Shown in pieces: positions 38,494 to 52,666 of a DNA stretch of 64,000 nucleotides. Position 1 is the stretch's first letter; every line of letters starts with the position of its first letter. The position numbers and the translations under genes are program-made. Source of the stretch: the human T2T-CHM13v2.0 reference genome, Homo sapiens; the NCBI RefSeq assembly GCF_009914755.1, contig NC_060928.1; one strand, written 5' to 3'. The notes beneath the pieces are model-generated. The model worked only from the letters and a program-made list of their open reading frames with translations, was not told where the DNA came from and searched no databases.

Positions 38494-38804
38494 TTTTATT
38501 TTATCTTATTTTATTTTTTTATTTTGAGACAGGGTCTCACTTTGTTGCCCAGGCTGGAGTGCAGTGGTGCGATCTCGACTCACTGCAAACTCCACCTCCG
38601 GGTTTAAGTGATTCTCCTGCTTCAGCCTCCCTAGTAGATGGGATTACAGGTACCTGCCACCATACCTGGCTAATTTTTGTATTTTTAGTAGAGACGGGTG
38701 TCAACATGTTGGCCAGCCTGGCTCAAACTCCTGCCCTCAGGTGATCCACCTGCCTCAGTCACCCAAAGTGCTGAGATTACAGGCATGAGCCACCGTGCCC
38801 GGCC
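38494..38804 (-). mobile_element. AluSx-like, full length
   Basis: (TTTTA)n tail and dimer ending gagccaccgtgcccggcc. TSD aaaatttt. Confidence 0.95.
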
Positions 38805-39909
38805 AAAATTTTAGTCTGTTAACTAAACTTATCATCAATTAAAAGAAACAAAATCAAAGTTAAAAATTAGATTTATTATAATAAACTTTCTAAGGAAGCT
38901 AATTTCTTTTGACCTTTTGGCTGATCGTATATTTTGAATTTAAATAGGTATTAGTAAATTTGCATCTTGGGCAATGACTCTTTGTTTTTTGAAAATAAAA
39001 TTTAACAGATTCAAAAATAAAATGGCTCATTAATTTGTAGACATTTCTGTATTTTTCACAATATTCCTAAGGTTTTATTTCTTGTTTATGTTAAAAATGA
39101 ATTCCTTTTGTAAGACATAGGCAGCAAAAAATATTTAAATCATTTGTTGATGAATAATTTACATTTTTTCCACCATCCTGGAAGGTGCTGCCTTGGCAAT
39201 TAATCTTGAAGACTTTATCATCCTCTGCCCATTAGCATATGATCCATGTTGTAACTAACACTAGAGGGTCCAGATGCAAAAAGTTTATAGTAAATATTGC
39301 TAACAAATGTCTACAAAATCTCTGGAATTCTCAAGGCTACTATTTCAAGCAGAAATTGATAAATGAGTAAATAAATAATGAAGAAGTTTAACTCTCCAGC
39401 TGGAAAGAAGTTAAAAGTTTGGAGGAAAAAAGATACAGTGTAATCTTTCAATATCCTAACCACTTAATATATGTTAGATTTTTAAAGATTTAGTCTGCTT
39501 TGTTGAAAACCCATCTTTATTTTGATTTAATGAAAATATTTTTAACAAACTTTTGAAAATGTACCTATAGTTTTGAGAAAGAACAGATGAATATATGAGG
39601 AGCATTGAACTAAAAAATTCATCAGCAAGAAATATTTTTCTTTACATTATTTTAGTAATTACTCTTTTAATGTGTGAAGCAAATTTTTGAATTTAGAAAT
39701 GCTTTAATTCAAAACATATAAATTACAGTAACTCATTTGTATGATTCACAAATCAAGAGAGAGTTTGAAAATTGGCAGTGGAATTTAAGTATATTTCTGT
39801 TGAGAAATTTACCACTGTTTCCTCAAAGGCTTAGGATCATTTTCAACAATTTTTCTAAAACCTAATTTTGAAGTTATAATTTGATAGAATTGTATTAGAA
39901 AAATAATAT

Positions 39910-40025
39910 ATGCATTCAACAAAGGGTTATTGAACTTGTATTTATGCTACATATGCCAGGCACAGTGCCAGGATTGGAGGATACAATGTTAAATATGTTT
40001 TGCTCTCAAGGAGTTTACCTATAAG
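39910..40025 (-). mobile_element. L2 3' end
   Basis: cattcaacaaa..ttattga..atgccaggcacagtgc..ggagga.tacaatg..tgctctcaaggagttta. Confidence 0.75.
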
Positions 40026-41055
40026 GTTAGACTCTTGTGGTTCTTAATCTATGAATCTAGGATGACAGAGTACCAGACCTTTTCAATTGTTAATGTGCCT
40101 TTTTTCTTTTCTTCAACACATGTTGGTTGCTGGAATTTAGCGCATGTATAGTTTTCAGACTGTGGCTTGGAAGCAATCTAGGTGGCTTGTTCTCTCTAGA
40201 AAAATTATACACTTCTAACAAAGGCAGAATATTCATTAAGGGTTTCTTTTTAAAAGAAAACACACACATAAAACAAAACTACAAGACAATGGTAAAGTTC
40301 ACAACATTAACACAATCAGTAATGGAAAAGCCTAGTCAATGGCAGAAGAGGATAGAACCTAGGGTGGGAAATAATGACAATTTTAAATCATATATCACAT
40401 CTCTTCTATTTTTGATCTCAGAATCCTGGAAATGAATACTGAGTAAGCAGTAATAGATTCAATGGCAGAGAAGCTTTATTAAAGACTTCAAACACATGAG
40501 CAGCTTGTTGAAGCTTAAGGCAGAAGGGTTTTGCCTGGCCAGCCTCATTTCCTCTTTTCTAAAACCTGTCTTCACACTCCTTCCTATTATAAAATCCTTT
40601 GCTCTCTCTGCCAAATGTTATCATCCTCCTCAGTGTGACTGTCTCCAGTGAGGCAATCACAGCCTCTCTAGCAGACCCCACTCTTGGTTAGAGCTAACTG
40701 GTCCAGGAGTTGTTCCCTGATTCCAGTGAAGACAAGATTTACTGGAAATGCTGGGACTAAATTGAATTAGTGAATACATCTAGATGTTTAAGCTATGGTT
40801 TGTAAATCTTGGGTTGTTTGTGGGTTGTTTCTTGGACCAAAGAAATGGAAGAAGCTTTTTACAGAGAGAAGCATGAAACAAAAGTGCAGAAAAGAGCAGT
40901 CAGGCAACAATTCTGTGACTTTTTTTCATTTTTTCCTGGAGTTGGGCCACCTTTTATTGTTCAAGTATCCTTATCTGAAAGCTAATTATGGTTGTTTTCT
41001 CTTCCATTCTTTACAAAAGAATCCTAAGTAAATGTAAAGTCAAATGTCTAGGAGA

Positions 41056-41365
41056 GGCTGGGCACAGTGGCTCATGCTTGTAATCCTAGCACTTTGGCAG
41101 GCTGAGATGGGCGGACCATTTGAGGCCAGGCGTTCGAGACCAGTCTGGCCAACATGGTGAAACCCTATCTCCACAAAAATATGAAAAATTAGCCAGGCGT
41201 TGTAGCACATGACTGTAATCCCACCTGCTGGAGAGGCTGAGGCACAAGAATTGCTTGAACCTGGGAGGCAGAGGTTGCAGTGAGCCAAGATTGCACCACT
41301 GCACTGCAGCATGGGTAACAGAGCAATACTCCATCTAAAAACAACAACAACAACAACAACAAAAA
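41056..41365 (+). mobile_element. Alu (AluSz/Jb-like), full length, (CAA)n tail
   Basis: Dimeric Alu. TSD core ctaggaga on both sides. Confidence 0.93.
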
Positions 41366-41924
41366 CCTAGGAGAAAGCTCTAGCACATTATAGATATTCA
41401 GTAAATCTTTGTTGAAACTGACAAAATTCCTTGAATTTCTGAAGCAACTGAAAATATATATGTAAAGTTTCAATGTATAAAAACATTTATTTTTATACAA
41501 TTCAGTCCAATATTTTATATAAGAAATCATGATAAAATTGTAGAAAACATATATTAAATGTTTGGACTATTTATTATCAATTTCATTCAATCCTCATTTA
41601 TTAAACATAAATAAAAGTAAGGAATCTCTAACACGGAGAAGGCACAGAGTCACAATGAATACTTCCCATTCATATAGAAGAGGATCTGGCTGACTCTCTA
41701 GTAAGAGTTCACATCTGCTTAACAGGAACAACCTGTCTAACTCACAAAAGGCCAGAAACAAATGAAAACATGATTTCTTTTCTTTTTTTTTTACTTTAAT
41801 CTCAAATGTATCCCTGATACCAGTCATTTCAGCAAGGATGGCAGCAGGCCTTCCCTACCCTTTGAAAAGCAGCATGGTTGCAGGTGATCTGAACTTGGAA
41901 TTATAAGCTCCTCTCATGACATCA

Positions 41925-42045
41925 ATAATGGATATAATGTACATTGTCTGAATGATGGTTACACTAAAAGCCCAGACTTCACCGCTACATAATCTATCCA
42001 TGCAACAAAACTGTATTTGCACTCCTTAAATATATGCCAAAAAAA
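41925..42045 (+). mobile_element. L1 3' terminal fragment (L1MA1-3/L1PB-like)
   Basis: gatggttacactaaaagcccagacttcacc.ctac..aat.tatccatg.aacaaaactg plus an A tail. Confidence 0.8.
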
Positions 42046-42175
42046 GACAATGTAAAGCAATCTAATTCTCTAGCATTGGGCATCTTTGTCTGTGTATAAA
42101 GAATAAATATACCATATGCTATATTTTGGCTAAGATGCTTGCAACTGAGCATATACCAGTCTGCTATAAATTGTG

Positions 42176-42625
42176 TGTTGTCGACTGAATTGTCTCCCCC
42201 TCACTCAAATTCATATGTGGAATAGAAATATGCCTATAATCCCAGCACTAAATAGAGTTAAAGGCCCTATTTTGAAATAGAGCCTTTAGCGTGGTAATTA
42301 AAGTTAAATGGGGTCATTAGAGTGGGACCTTAATGCCACAGGGCTGATGTCCTTATAAAAAGAGAAAGTTACACAAAAGGTATCTCTCTCCCTCTCTCTC
42401 TCTCTGTCTCTTTCTCCCTATTCTCTGCAGGCTAAGAGAGGAAAGGCCATGTAAGAACACAGCAAGAAAATGGTCAAACTAGCAAGAGAGGCCTCACCAG
42501 ATACCAACACTGACAGCACTTTGATCTTGGACTTCTAACCTCCAGAGCTGTGAGAAAATTAATTTCTGTTGTATAAGCAATCTAGTCTGTTGGATTTTGT
42601 TATGGCAGCAGACCAAACTACTAGA
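42176..42625 (+). mobile_element. MLT1A-like MaLR solo LTR
   Basis: gactgaattgtctcccc..caaattcatatgt..gtccttataa..gaggcctcaccaga..tgatcttggacttc..tccaga.ctgtgagaaa..tttgttatggcagc. Confidence 0.85.
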
Positions 42626-42709
42626 ATGTGTTTTCCAAGTTGTTGAATTCAAGGGAAGTTTGGAGACACTAAAAACAGTGTGCATCCCATTAGCATAAAA
42701 TGAAACTTT

Positions 42710-43218
42710 TTAATGTATTTTTTATTTTTAATTGATAAAAAATAATCATATACTCTTGTGGGGTACACTGTTTATTTTTAATATGTAATACCTTACAGAA
42801 TGATTAAATCAAGCTAATTAACATGCCCACCACCTCACATAGTTATCATATTTTAATGGTATGAACATTTGAAACTACTGCCTTAGCAAGTTTGAAATAT
42901 ATATTACATTATAATTAACTGTAGTCAGTATACTGTGTAATAGATCTCAAAAACATATTCTTCCTTTCTAACTGAAATCTTGTACCCTTTGACCAACATC
43001 TCCCCATCTCCCTCCACCCCCAAGCTTATGGTAGCCAATATTCTACTGGCTAATTCGGTGAGTTCAACATTAGATTTCACATATAATAAAATCATGCATG
43101 TTTTTTGTGTCTAGCTTATTTCACTCAGCATAATGTCCCCTAAGTTCATGACCTAAGTTGTAAAAAATGATAGAAATTCATTCTTTTTTAGACTGAATAG
43201 TATTCCATTGTATGTATG
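42710..43218 (-). mobile_element. 5'-truncated L1MA7/8-like 3' end
   Basis: Classic antisense L1MA 3' UTR. TSD aaatgaaacttt on both sides. Confidence 0.88.
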
Positions 43219-45357
43219 AAATGAAACTTTGGCAAATAATTACAATTAGGTAACTATTCTCCAGTCCTGTGTTTGCTGTGTATTGTGTACAAAACTTCCC
43301 AGTGGATAAACATTAGGTTTGCATGAAACATAACTCTACTTATGTAGTTTAATTTCTTCAGGTGAGCATTCAGTCAAATCAATATTTTTCCCATGCACAT
43401 TTGCCATTTTTGTTACTTTGGTTATTTTCTTTTTTTGTTTTGTTTTATTTTGTTTGTTTGTTTGTTTGTTTTGGTTGCCTTTTAGTTCCATAGATGATGG
43501 GTGGGGGTGAGGGTTGTAGTGTCACAGCATTTGATTGTGGGAAATCAAGTTTCTAACCTTGGAGGGGTTCTGGGCAACACTCATTTGCTGAAGTGTCATT
43601 ATCATATCTGATATTGGCCATACAGCCTACACTGACTTTTAACATCGGTGCCCTTCAGCCAAAATTATGAGATTCTCTTTAGTTAAGACCTTTGGTTTTA
43701 TTTAGCTAATAGCCACATCTAACCAGGTGGAAAAATCAAGATGCTTCTCCAGAACAGGTGAGATGTGGTGCGCTTGATGAGATTACACAGGTCTCTCTCC
43801 TGCTGCCACTTTGTGGGCCTCTCTTTCTACTGCTCTTTCACAATGGCAGCAAAGCTCATGTCTAACTGAAGCAAAGCTCATGTCTAATTGAAGAAAATCA
43901 TTTCCTGCTACTCTGCCATTGCTCTGTTGGCTTCATCTGCAGTCGGCTAACACTTTTAAGAATTTACCTGCACACAACAATTAGGTATGTTGGGAAAATT
44001 TAGATTTTGATGTAATAGGTCTAGGCAGGGATGATGTCTTCACCAAAAACATTAAGCTACATTCTACTGAAGAAGTTATTTAAAAAAGAAGGGCCCTATA
44101 TACTATGATCATTAATAAAAGCTCTTTTAGGCCAGAAACAAGGTGGTAAGACTCTGTGTTTATTATTGTATAAATTCAACGTCAGTCGTCTAATATCTTT
44201 ATTTTGACTTAAAGGATTTGAATTTATGTGAGAAGCAAATTTCACACTATAATTTATAAAAAACAATTTTGAAAACAATGGTAATGTTGATATAAAGTTT
44301 ATTCTTGTAGTCTTTTAATTTCATTAATTTTTCTGATATTTACTAATCCTGTACAATTTTCTGTGACCTTATAAATTCATTATCAAGTGCTGAGATCTTG
44401 GCATCTTAGTCAACAAAACATCTGGCATATGCTTGCTCCCTTCTCAACTTATCCACTTGATCTTCTCCCATAAATTTGGAGTTCATTTGCATAGTGCAAT
44501 TGAATTGCTTAAAATAAAATAAATTGTCCAAATTACTTTAAAATAGAGTAACACATTATTTTAACATGTATTTAACATGTATTTTAACACATTTTAAAAT
44601 ACAGTTGTTATAAATTTGATGAAATATGCCTTATATTTCCCACCAAATTTAAATCAAAGAAATACCTGAATAAATGTGAATGTTATTTTTCCAAAACTAT
44701 CAGTACTTACAACTATAACCTTTAAAATATTCAAAGCAGTACTTCTAAGACCATGAAAATTAAAAAGAAACAAAGGCTCTTGGTATTTGTGAAAAGGTAT
44801 ACATAGCATCATGTAATATGAGATTATTTTTGGTTACGAACCATTCTTCTAGTAAAATTAGAAGCAAAGCTATAAATGTTTTCATGTATTAAGAGAGCAA
44901 TGGAAAAGAACTTAAGAAATAAATTACCACTTGTTAAAATTATGAACCTAAAGAAGGTAAAAAAAAATTAACAGCTTCACTAATCAAGAGTAAATCTTTG
45001 TTTCAAAACATTTCACAAGGGTGAATGGTATATAACTACTGAGGTTGGACTACATATTTGAATGTATACAATTGTTAAAGGGATGATATTTCTACCAAAT
45101 AATAACTGCATTACATAAAATGAAGCCCAGAACTACTCAATTTGGAGCAGTTGACCCCATTAAGACTACAGATATATATATATATATATTTTATATATAT
45201 ATACATATAAAATCTGCTAGCCCTTTGTTATCAACACTAGCAAAATTAGGTTTCCTGGATTTAATGTTTTGAAATTTAATTTGATCTTTATAATTTCAAC
45301 TAAATAATTATAAATTATCACCATTTTCTAAACTAAATTATCATAATGTATACAAGA

Positions 45358-45924
45358 TGCAACAGTTAATTTTATGTGTCAACTTGAGTAGGTCAAAGGG
45401 TGCCCAGATATTTTATCAAATATTGTTCTAAGTGTTTCTGTGTTTTGGGATGAGATTGACAGTTGAATCAGTAGACCGAGTAAAACAGATGGCCCTCCTT
45501 AATGTAAGCAGGACTCATCTAATTAGGTGAAGGCTTGAATAGAACAAAAAGGCAGACCTTCTCCATAGTAAGAGAGAACTATTACTGTTTGACAGATTTT
45601 GGGCTGGGGCATCAGCTTCTTCCTGCCTTCCAACTCCAACTGTGGCATCAGCTCTTCTTGAATCTCAAGACTGCCAGCCTTCAAACTGAAACTATACATT
45701 GACTCTCTTGGTTCTCAGGCCTTTGGACTCAGACTGGAACTGTAACTTGGCTTTCCTGGGTCTGCAGTTGAGCTTGCCAACCCAACCTAAAGGTACTGAA
45801 ACTTCCCAAGCTCCATAATTGTGTAAGCCAATTCCTCATAATAAATATCTTCCTTGCTCTCTCTCTGTATATATACACACACATTTTATCAGTTCTGTTT
45901 CTCTGGAAAGCCCTAGCTGTTACA
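45358..45924 (+). mobile_element. MLT2C/D-like solo LTR (ERVL)
   Basis: gttaattttatgtgtcaacttga..gggtgcccagata..gatgagatt..gaatagaacaaaaaggc..ttctgtttctctgga..ccct..taca. Confidence 0.88.
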
Positions 45925-47417
45925 AGAGATAATAATTGTTGAAATAGCTATTCTAATTATGTACATTATTTGCTTTCTGGAAATGATATTGATTCTTATG
46001 TGGTAAGAGTCAGTATTACAAAACAATGCAAAGTCCATTTATTCATGCCATTCAGGTTTCTTTGTTGGTTTTATGTTTTTCTTTTTTATTTAGATGCAGA
46101 TGTTAATTTTTAAAGTTATAAAAACAAATAAAACACACATGCAAATAGGTCAATTACTATATTAAGTAAAAATATAAATATGTAAATATATATTAATTTA
46201 TATGAGGTTTGAGACATGAAATATAAGTACTTCAAATATTTGTTGAAAAAAAATCAGAAAATAAAGAATGATTTTTTAGCCATTCAAAAATAGAATGTGG
46301 TATTTGCAAAAGGAAGGTGAAAACATATGCCTGTGACAACTTGGGCCCAGATCTTAAAAACCTACAAACATGATCCTGGGACCTCCCCATTCTGATGTAT
46401 TCATTGTGAAAGCTCTGCCAAAGTGATATCCTAGAGATTTCATAAATGTAGAGTTGCTTTACCAACACATTGTTCTGGTATTCATTTTGTGGAGATTTCT
46501 GTCCACAAACTGGGTAACCCCAGTGAGTTCCAATCAGGATATTCTCCCCACTCTAATTCAAGACCTTTGACTTCGAAACAATGTCCAAGTTTCAACTGGC
46601 AATTTCTCTGGGGATGCTTTAGTCTTGTGCTCAAGAGTCTGTCCAAATATGAGAGTGAAGTAAATGTGTTTATCATGCTGCCAATCCTCATCATTGTTTG
46701 CTGTGAGTTTATAAGAAAATCATAAGAAAGATAATGAGAATAAATCCTATTAATCTATTCCTTTTCCAGCCTGAGAGCTTATAAATTCTGAAGGCCTCAT
46801 CACAGTGGATCCTGGTAGTACTAAGTTGGCTTTGGATCACCTATCAAAACCTAATGAAAGTTGTATTTATTCTTATCTTATTTTGTCCATGAAAGTCAGA
46901 TAGAGACCTCTCCTCCAAAACTTCTGTCAAACAGAAATTGCAGACTTTTCACACATGCTATTGGACATGACTGGGCATTTGGTTGGGGGCCAAGATATGA
47001 GGTATACATGCAAAGCCTTTGAACAACTTTATCCAACTCATGGTTTTTTCACTCAAAACTTAAGACTTTGCTTTTTCTAGGTTAGATCCCTGCTTCATAC
47101 ATATGTTCTTACTATAATGACATTTTACGTAATACTCTACATGGCAAAATTTCAACAAGTATAATTTATAATTACAAAGATTATTTTGGGTTTTGGGAAA
47201 ATTTTTATATGAAAAAATGTTCATTTAGTAGATAACTTAGAACAAAAAAGGAACAAAATTAGTAACATCTTTATGTATTTTGATTGGTATAAAGAAGCTT
47301 CCAAAAAATATCAGATTCTAAAACTGCTTGCTAGCCATGTTCCATGAATTTGTGAAATTCTTAGCTGGTCTCTAAATATACAGAACTGTCTCTAAAATAG
47401 GAGCATTGAGTTGTTTA

Positions 47418-47459
47418 ATCATCATCATCAACAACAACATCATCATCATCATCATCATC
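47418..47459. repeat. (CAT)n/(CAA)n trinucleotide repeat
   Basis: Direct reading. Confidence 0.9.
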
Positions 47460-47730
47460 TGGAGTCAGACCTGAGTTTGACTCCTAGCCCTTCCAGTCAT
47501 CAAGTCTGTAATGATGAAGTAATATCTGACACTATGTGCCAAGCTCTGTGTGATAAGCACACCACATATGTAATCTCAGGTAATCAGCTCACAAATTCTC
47601 TTTGTCAGACAGAAAAACAGAAACTTAAAAGGAAATACATTTTTCAGTTTCTAAATAACCAAGTCTTCCATATGAAGGGATTTGGAGGATTGTGTGAAAC
47701 TAGAAATACATCTGACAATTTTTACAGTCA
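47459..47730. mobile_element. MIR pieces in +/-/+ arrangement
   Basis: ctggagtcagacctgagtttga (+), actatgtgccaagc..cagacagaaaaacagaaact (-), tttggaggattg (+). Confidence 0.5.
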
Positions 47731-47964
47731 TATATATGGAAAACAATGTTAAACTGTTAGACAAATTTCTTAGAAAACAAACTTCAGTGCCAGAAAGAAA
47801 ATGTAAAATCAGCCACAGACAGTGAAAAAAAAAAAAAAAAAAAAAAAAGAAATGCAGTGTTTAGTGTTCCATCTAAAACACAGTGTGAGGATGTAGATTG
47901 GACAATTAAGTAATCATTCTCGCAACTGGCACTTTTTGATGTACACTTACTTTGTGATAATGAA

Positions 47965-48070
47965 GTGTGTGTGCGTGTGTGTGTGTGTGTGTAAAAGGAG
48001 ACGGAGAGAAAGAGATAAGAGAGAAGGAGAGAGGGAAGAAAAGAATTTCAAATAGGAAGAGAGAAAAGAA
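47965..48070. repeat. (TG)n followed by a GA-rich low-complexity tract
   Basis: Direct reading. Confidence 0.85.
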
Positions 48071-48879
48071 ACCATATTGCTCTAAAACCAAAAACTAATA
48101 CACGTACATAACTCTAAACAGCATTTGAAGACAGGTACATCGTGCTGAACATGATTTAGATATTGTGTTACTGGTTTGAAAAATGAACCTCAGCACTAGA
48201 TTCAAAGAAGCTGTTGTATTCTTCTGGGGTTCAGTTTTGCAGAAAATTGCTCCATAACTTAATTGCATGCTCAGAAAGCCAATTGACTTGTTTGTAAATT
48301 TATGCAACTTTTATACCTGGTAAGTCGGGTGAGTGCAGAATGGCAGGGAGGAAGAAAGTTTAATTTACTCAGAGGTATAATTCATGGTTAATAAATTGTA
48401 ACAAGCATTGGTGAATAAAGAAACAGGTTCAACAAGGACAGAGGCAAAGTGGCTTCATGTTTTTCTATTTTAAATGTACTTAATTATCACAGTCCATCCT
48501 CTGAGGGCAGAAAACCATGAGACCACAACAGCCTTTGCCTCTGAATGCCAATGTAAGTAACAAATTACTACAGCTGCAACCAATCCCTCCTTTCTTATGT
48601 CAAAAACCTGGTGATCACACACACACTTTCATGTAGAGAGAATAAAGAAAATAAATAGAATATTTCTCTAATTCAGATTTTTTATATCTATAGATAACAT
48701 GCAGACATCCTTATAAACTTGAATTACATATGCCCTTTTCAAAATAGATTGAATTATCTAAGAATATGGTGAATTGACAGACTCTCCGTAGTCTGCATAC
48801 ATAGTAAAATGGTAATTTGTCAATGTTAAAAACATTGCATGAAATGTAGAATATTCTGTAAAACACATAATAAAATAAA

Positions 48880-49070
48880 CATTTGGGCATAGCATTTTAG
48901 GATTGTCCACATACTATGAGGTATGTTATTATTGTCTCTATTTTTTATTGTTGTTGTTGACAGGACTAAGGTTCAGAAAGTTCAAGAAACTATCAAAGGT
49001 TTCACTGTAGTGTGTACCTAAAATATAAGCACAGGTCTGCCCAAGTCCAAAGTTCCATTATCTCTTCATT
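48880..49070 (-). mobile_element. MIR SINE
   Basis: ctatgaggtatgttattattgtctctatttt..gactaaggttcagaaagtt..caggtctg..tccaaagttcca. Confidence 0.65.
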
Positions 49071-49659
49071 CATTTGCCTGGCATGCAATAAGAAAAAAGA
49101 CAGGATTCTATGTGCATAAAGCAAGATTTAGTCCCATACCTTGACTCAGCAGTTTTCAAAAGAAAGTCACCCTGGTGGAGGAAGGGATGGGAAGTACAGT
49201 GATTCAGTTTGTCTATTTAGATGTCTATCTCGGAGCAAAATCATTGAGTTCCTCAGTCATTAGGCCTTCATTTGGCACCATGGAAAATGTATTTTGTTCA
49301 CTATGGTTTCTCTAAACTATTAATTGAAAAGTGTGTTAATATTAAGGACTTCACACATGTATTGTGCTCTGCTTGAAACAGTAATGAATTCTCTCCCCTC
49401 CCCGCAAAAGCAATATATTTTTAATCAAATAAAAGCATATATGTAAAATGCTACATTAAGCGCAATGTGTAATCTGGAACTTCAGATGGCTCTGTTTCAA
49501 CACTTAGTTCGGAATACATGGCTTTCACTAAAAATAGTAAGATGAGGACTTCATTCAGTCTCTGTCATTTCTGTTTTATTTGCTAATGTTCATTTCTGAT
49601 TTATTTGCTAACATTTAGGTCATGACCTTGAAATGATTCTGACCTTGTTTCTGTTTTAT

Positions 49660-49890
49660 TCTCAGCTTTAATCTCTTTCAGTAAATCTCAGGTTATCACA
49701 TCCAGTTCCATGGATTTAAGTAACATTAATACACTAATGAGTCTCTAACTTCTCCTTCAACTCTATACATGTAGATCCAATTGACTTCCCATCTCTACCA
49801 GGATGTCTCAAAGGCATCACAAACTTAAAATGCTCAACTTGATTCTTCTCTCTTTTATCATACTTAACATGTCCAAAATTATTTTTCTCC
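49660..49890 (+). mobile_element. L2 fragment (5' part of the element that continues at 50700)
   Basis: catccagttccatggattta..ggatgtctcaaaggcatcacaaacttaa.atg. Confidence 0.65.
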
Positions 49891-50107
49891 CTTAATCATA
49901 ACTAATACCTACCATGAGCCAAACACTAGTAATAAGTACTTTTCTTGCATTAACTCCTTTTAGTCTCAGAGCAAAACTATGAGATGGGTGCTATTACAGT
50001 TCTCATTTACACATAAGCGAACTGAGGACGAGAGAGGCTAAATAGCTACCTCAAAGCAGTTAATGGTGAAGAAGGGAGGTCAACTTGGTCTGATCTAGAG
50101 TCCATGC
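49890..50107 (-). mobile_element. MIR SINE
   Basis: ctatgagatgggtgctattac..ctcatttac..aactgaggac.agagaggctaaatagct.cc. Confidence 0.7.
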
Positions 50108-50697
50108 TGACAACCAAAATGAGTGACTGAGGCAGATGTCCCAAACAATCAAAGTTTATTGAGTCATGCCTGGAAAAAAAAAGAAAAAAAAATTCACCTC
50201 TATGACTCTTTTTCCAAAAGTTTCTTAGGAGTTTTGGTACTTATACATTTTTCTTAAAAAAGGTGGGGCAGGCGGGGTAGGATTTGGGCAGCAGTAAGAG
50301 AAATGGTAACATATTTGTGAGACTTTAGTTAGTGCTTAGTAAATCTACATTTTAAATAAGATAAAATGGGAAGAATAAAAAAGGGAATAGAGGAAGCAGA
50401 TGTTTCAAAGAGTTGTGAGGGAAAGATTTATCTTGTCATGCCTTTGTTCTGTACCTGGGAATATAAGCCGGTAATAGACATTATTAGTGTGAAGCCCTGT
50501 GGAAGGGCTGCTTCTGTCTGGCTCATAAGGAAGAAAGCCTAATGGTGGTTAGTGATGGAGGGGATATAATGAGGTTTGTCTGACCTCCTCTCCTGTCATG
50601 GCTAGGAACTCAGCTTCCCAGGTTTTGCTGGGGTCCCCTTGGCCAAGAGGAAGTCCTTTCAGTTAGTTGGAAGCTTATAACTTAATTTTTATTCTCA
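50108..50697 (-). mobile_element. MER4-family solo LTR (ERV1)
   Basis: Right end ctggggtccccttggccaagagg..ttcagttagttgg..ttttattctca is the reverse complement of the MER4-group 5' end. TSD atgc/atgt. Confidence 0.82.
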
Positions 50698-50719
50698 ATG
50701 TCTTCAAAAATGACCCCAC

Positions 50720-51570
50720 AATTCAATGCCTCCTGTAGTCTCATCTTCCTAAGTGCAGCAACTCTACCACCCACCCTGCACTCAGAGCAAATCATATTTT
50801 TCTATCTCCCCACATAAAATTATTCAGCAAGTCCTCTCAGCTACATTCCCAAAATGTATCTCAAACCTCGCCCTTCTAACTATACTTACTTGCCTGCATT
50901 ATCATTTCATAGCTAGTGTACTGCAGTAGCTGCCTAACTGAGCTTCCTTCCATTATTTCCTGTAGTCCAGTCTCCGGATGACAGCCAGTACAATCAGGCC
51001 TATTCCTTTCATGTCAAGGACCCCTTAATGGCCCTCAACTGAAATTTGAGTAAGAGCCAAACTTCTCTCCATGTTCCTGAGATGATCTGGTTCCTACCTA
51101 CCTTTCTGGGCTGACCTCACCTGAAGATTCCTCACATTTACTCTTCTCTACCCACACTGACCTTTCTTCTCTCTCTTGACCACAGCAAGCTTGTTCCATC
51201 TTAAAGTCGTTTCCCTTTGTACAGAACTCTCTTATCCCAGAATTTCGCATAATAAATTCTTCCCATCTTGCAAGTGTCAACTCAATTTCTACATCAAGGA
51301 GCCTTTCCTTAAGTACTTTCTTCAAAGCAGCGTGCCCCCATGCCCTGCCCCCAATGCACAGTACCCCTCTGTATCTCACTAACATATTTGTGTTCCTATC
51401 CCATCTGAAATTATCTAATTTTTTTCTTTTAAATTAATTGTCTTTCCCTATAACAATATAAAGTTTATAAAGACGGGGACTTCTCTGTGTTGTCCATAAC
51501 CCCATAATCATCTCCTGGCAGTGTGCTTGGTACACAATATACATTCAAATAGATTTTAATAAATGAATGA
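50720..51570 (+). mobile_element. L2a 3' part
   Basis: tcagcaagtcct..ctgcagtagctgcctaactg..gcctttcct..gacggggactt..cagtgtgcttggtacaca..aaatgaatga terminus. Confidence 0.85.
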
Positions 51571-52366
51571 CACAAAATAATAAACTTCTGCTTCTCTTTC
51601 TCTCCCTATAGACAGACACATCACACATACATACACAGACACCACACACACTTTTACTCACTTTTAAATCTTTTCAAATGTTCTTTTCATTTCTTTTACC
51701 CCATTTGTGGTATAATAATAATTTAAAATAGCTTAACTTTACTGAGGAAGTATTTTTAGTGTCATGTATATAGACAACTGCCAACACATTGTAAGAAGCT
51801 TAATATATGATTCAAAAATCATCCCATGTGTGGTATCCACTTGTATTCATTCAGAACCAGCCACAAAACTATCCATAGTAATGTCATTTTCTTCACTTAT
51901 GTATGTGCATATATAAGTAAAACATTTTTCCAAAATAAAATAACTTAAATATATTTTCCCCTAATAAACATAAAAGAACCAATATCTTTATATTTTTCAA
52001 CCATATTGAGTCTGTCTCATTTAAGTCAATGTTGCCTTTAATGCAGCACCTCTTAACAATCAGAGCCATAAAGATGAGCTTATTAAACATGACAAGTCAT
52101 TTCTAAATTTACCAATCATTAAGTCTGAGTTTGGGAAATTTAAATTACCAAAAAGTAGAAGAGGTAATTCTCTTATTTGTGGTTGAAAAAAAAATTAAAA
52201 ACATTCTCATGTTGAAAGTGATTAAATAAATCAAAACATTCCTTGTATATTTCTTCAGAAGCAACCATTGGCAAAATGTTAGATTGTATCTTTAATTAAA
52301 AAAATAAAATGACACTCTGATATTTTGTAAATTTTTTTAACTCCAAAACACATTGTTTCATACTAG

Positions 52367-52666
<300 letters not shown>

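Noticed and set aside
38371-41530. Several ORFs with familiar-looking peptide motifs (LECSGAIS, PASAS, FHHVGQ)
   Set aside because: Antisense Alu translations; the same applies at 33905, 52509 and 56606.
43690-43762. Possible exon ending at donor CAG|GTGAGA (similar isolated splice-like sites at ~13208, ~20365, ~43321)
   Set aside because: No consistent acceptor/donor pairing or coding signal; a spliced lncRNA cannot be excluded without RNA data.
47411-47752. 113-aa ORF with a poly-His/Gln N-terminus
   Set aside because: TTG start; the His/Gln run is a (CAT/CAA)n microsatellite and the rest is MIR-derived.
47825-47848. A24 run as a possible solo poly(A) retro-insertion
   Set aside because: Only cagtg is shared between the flanks; no convincing TSD or upstream poly(A) signal.
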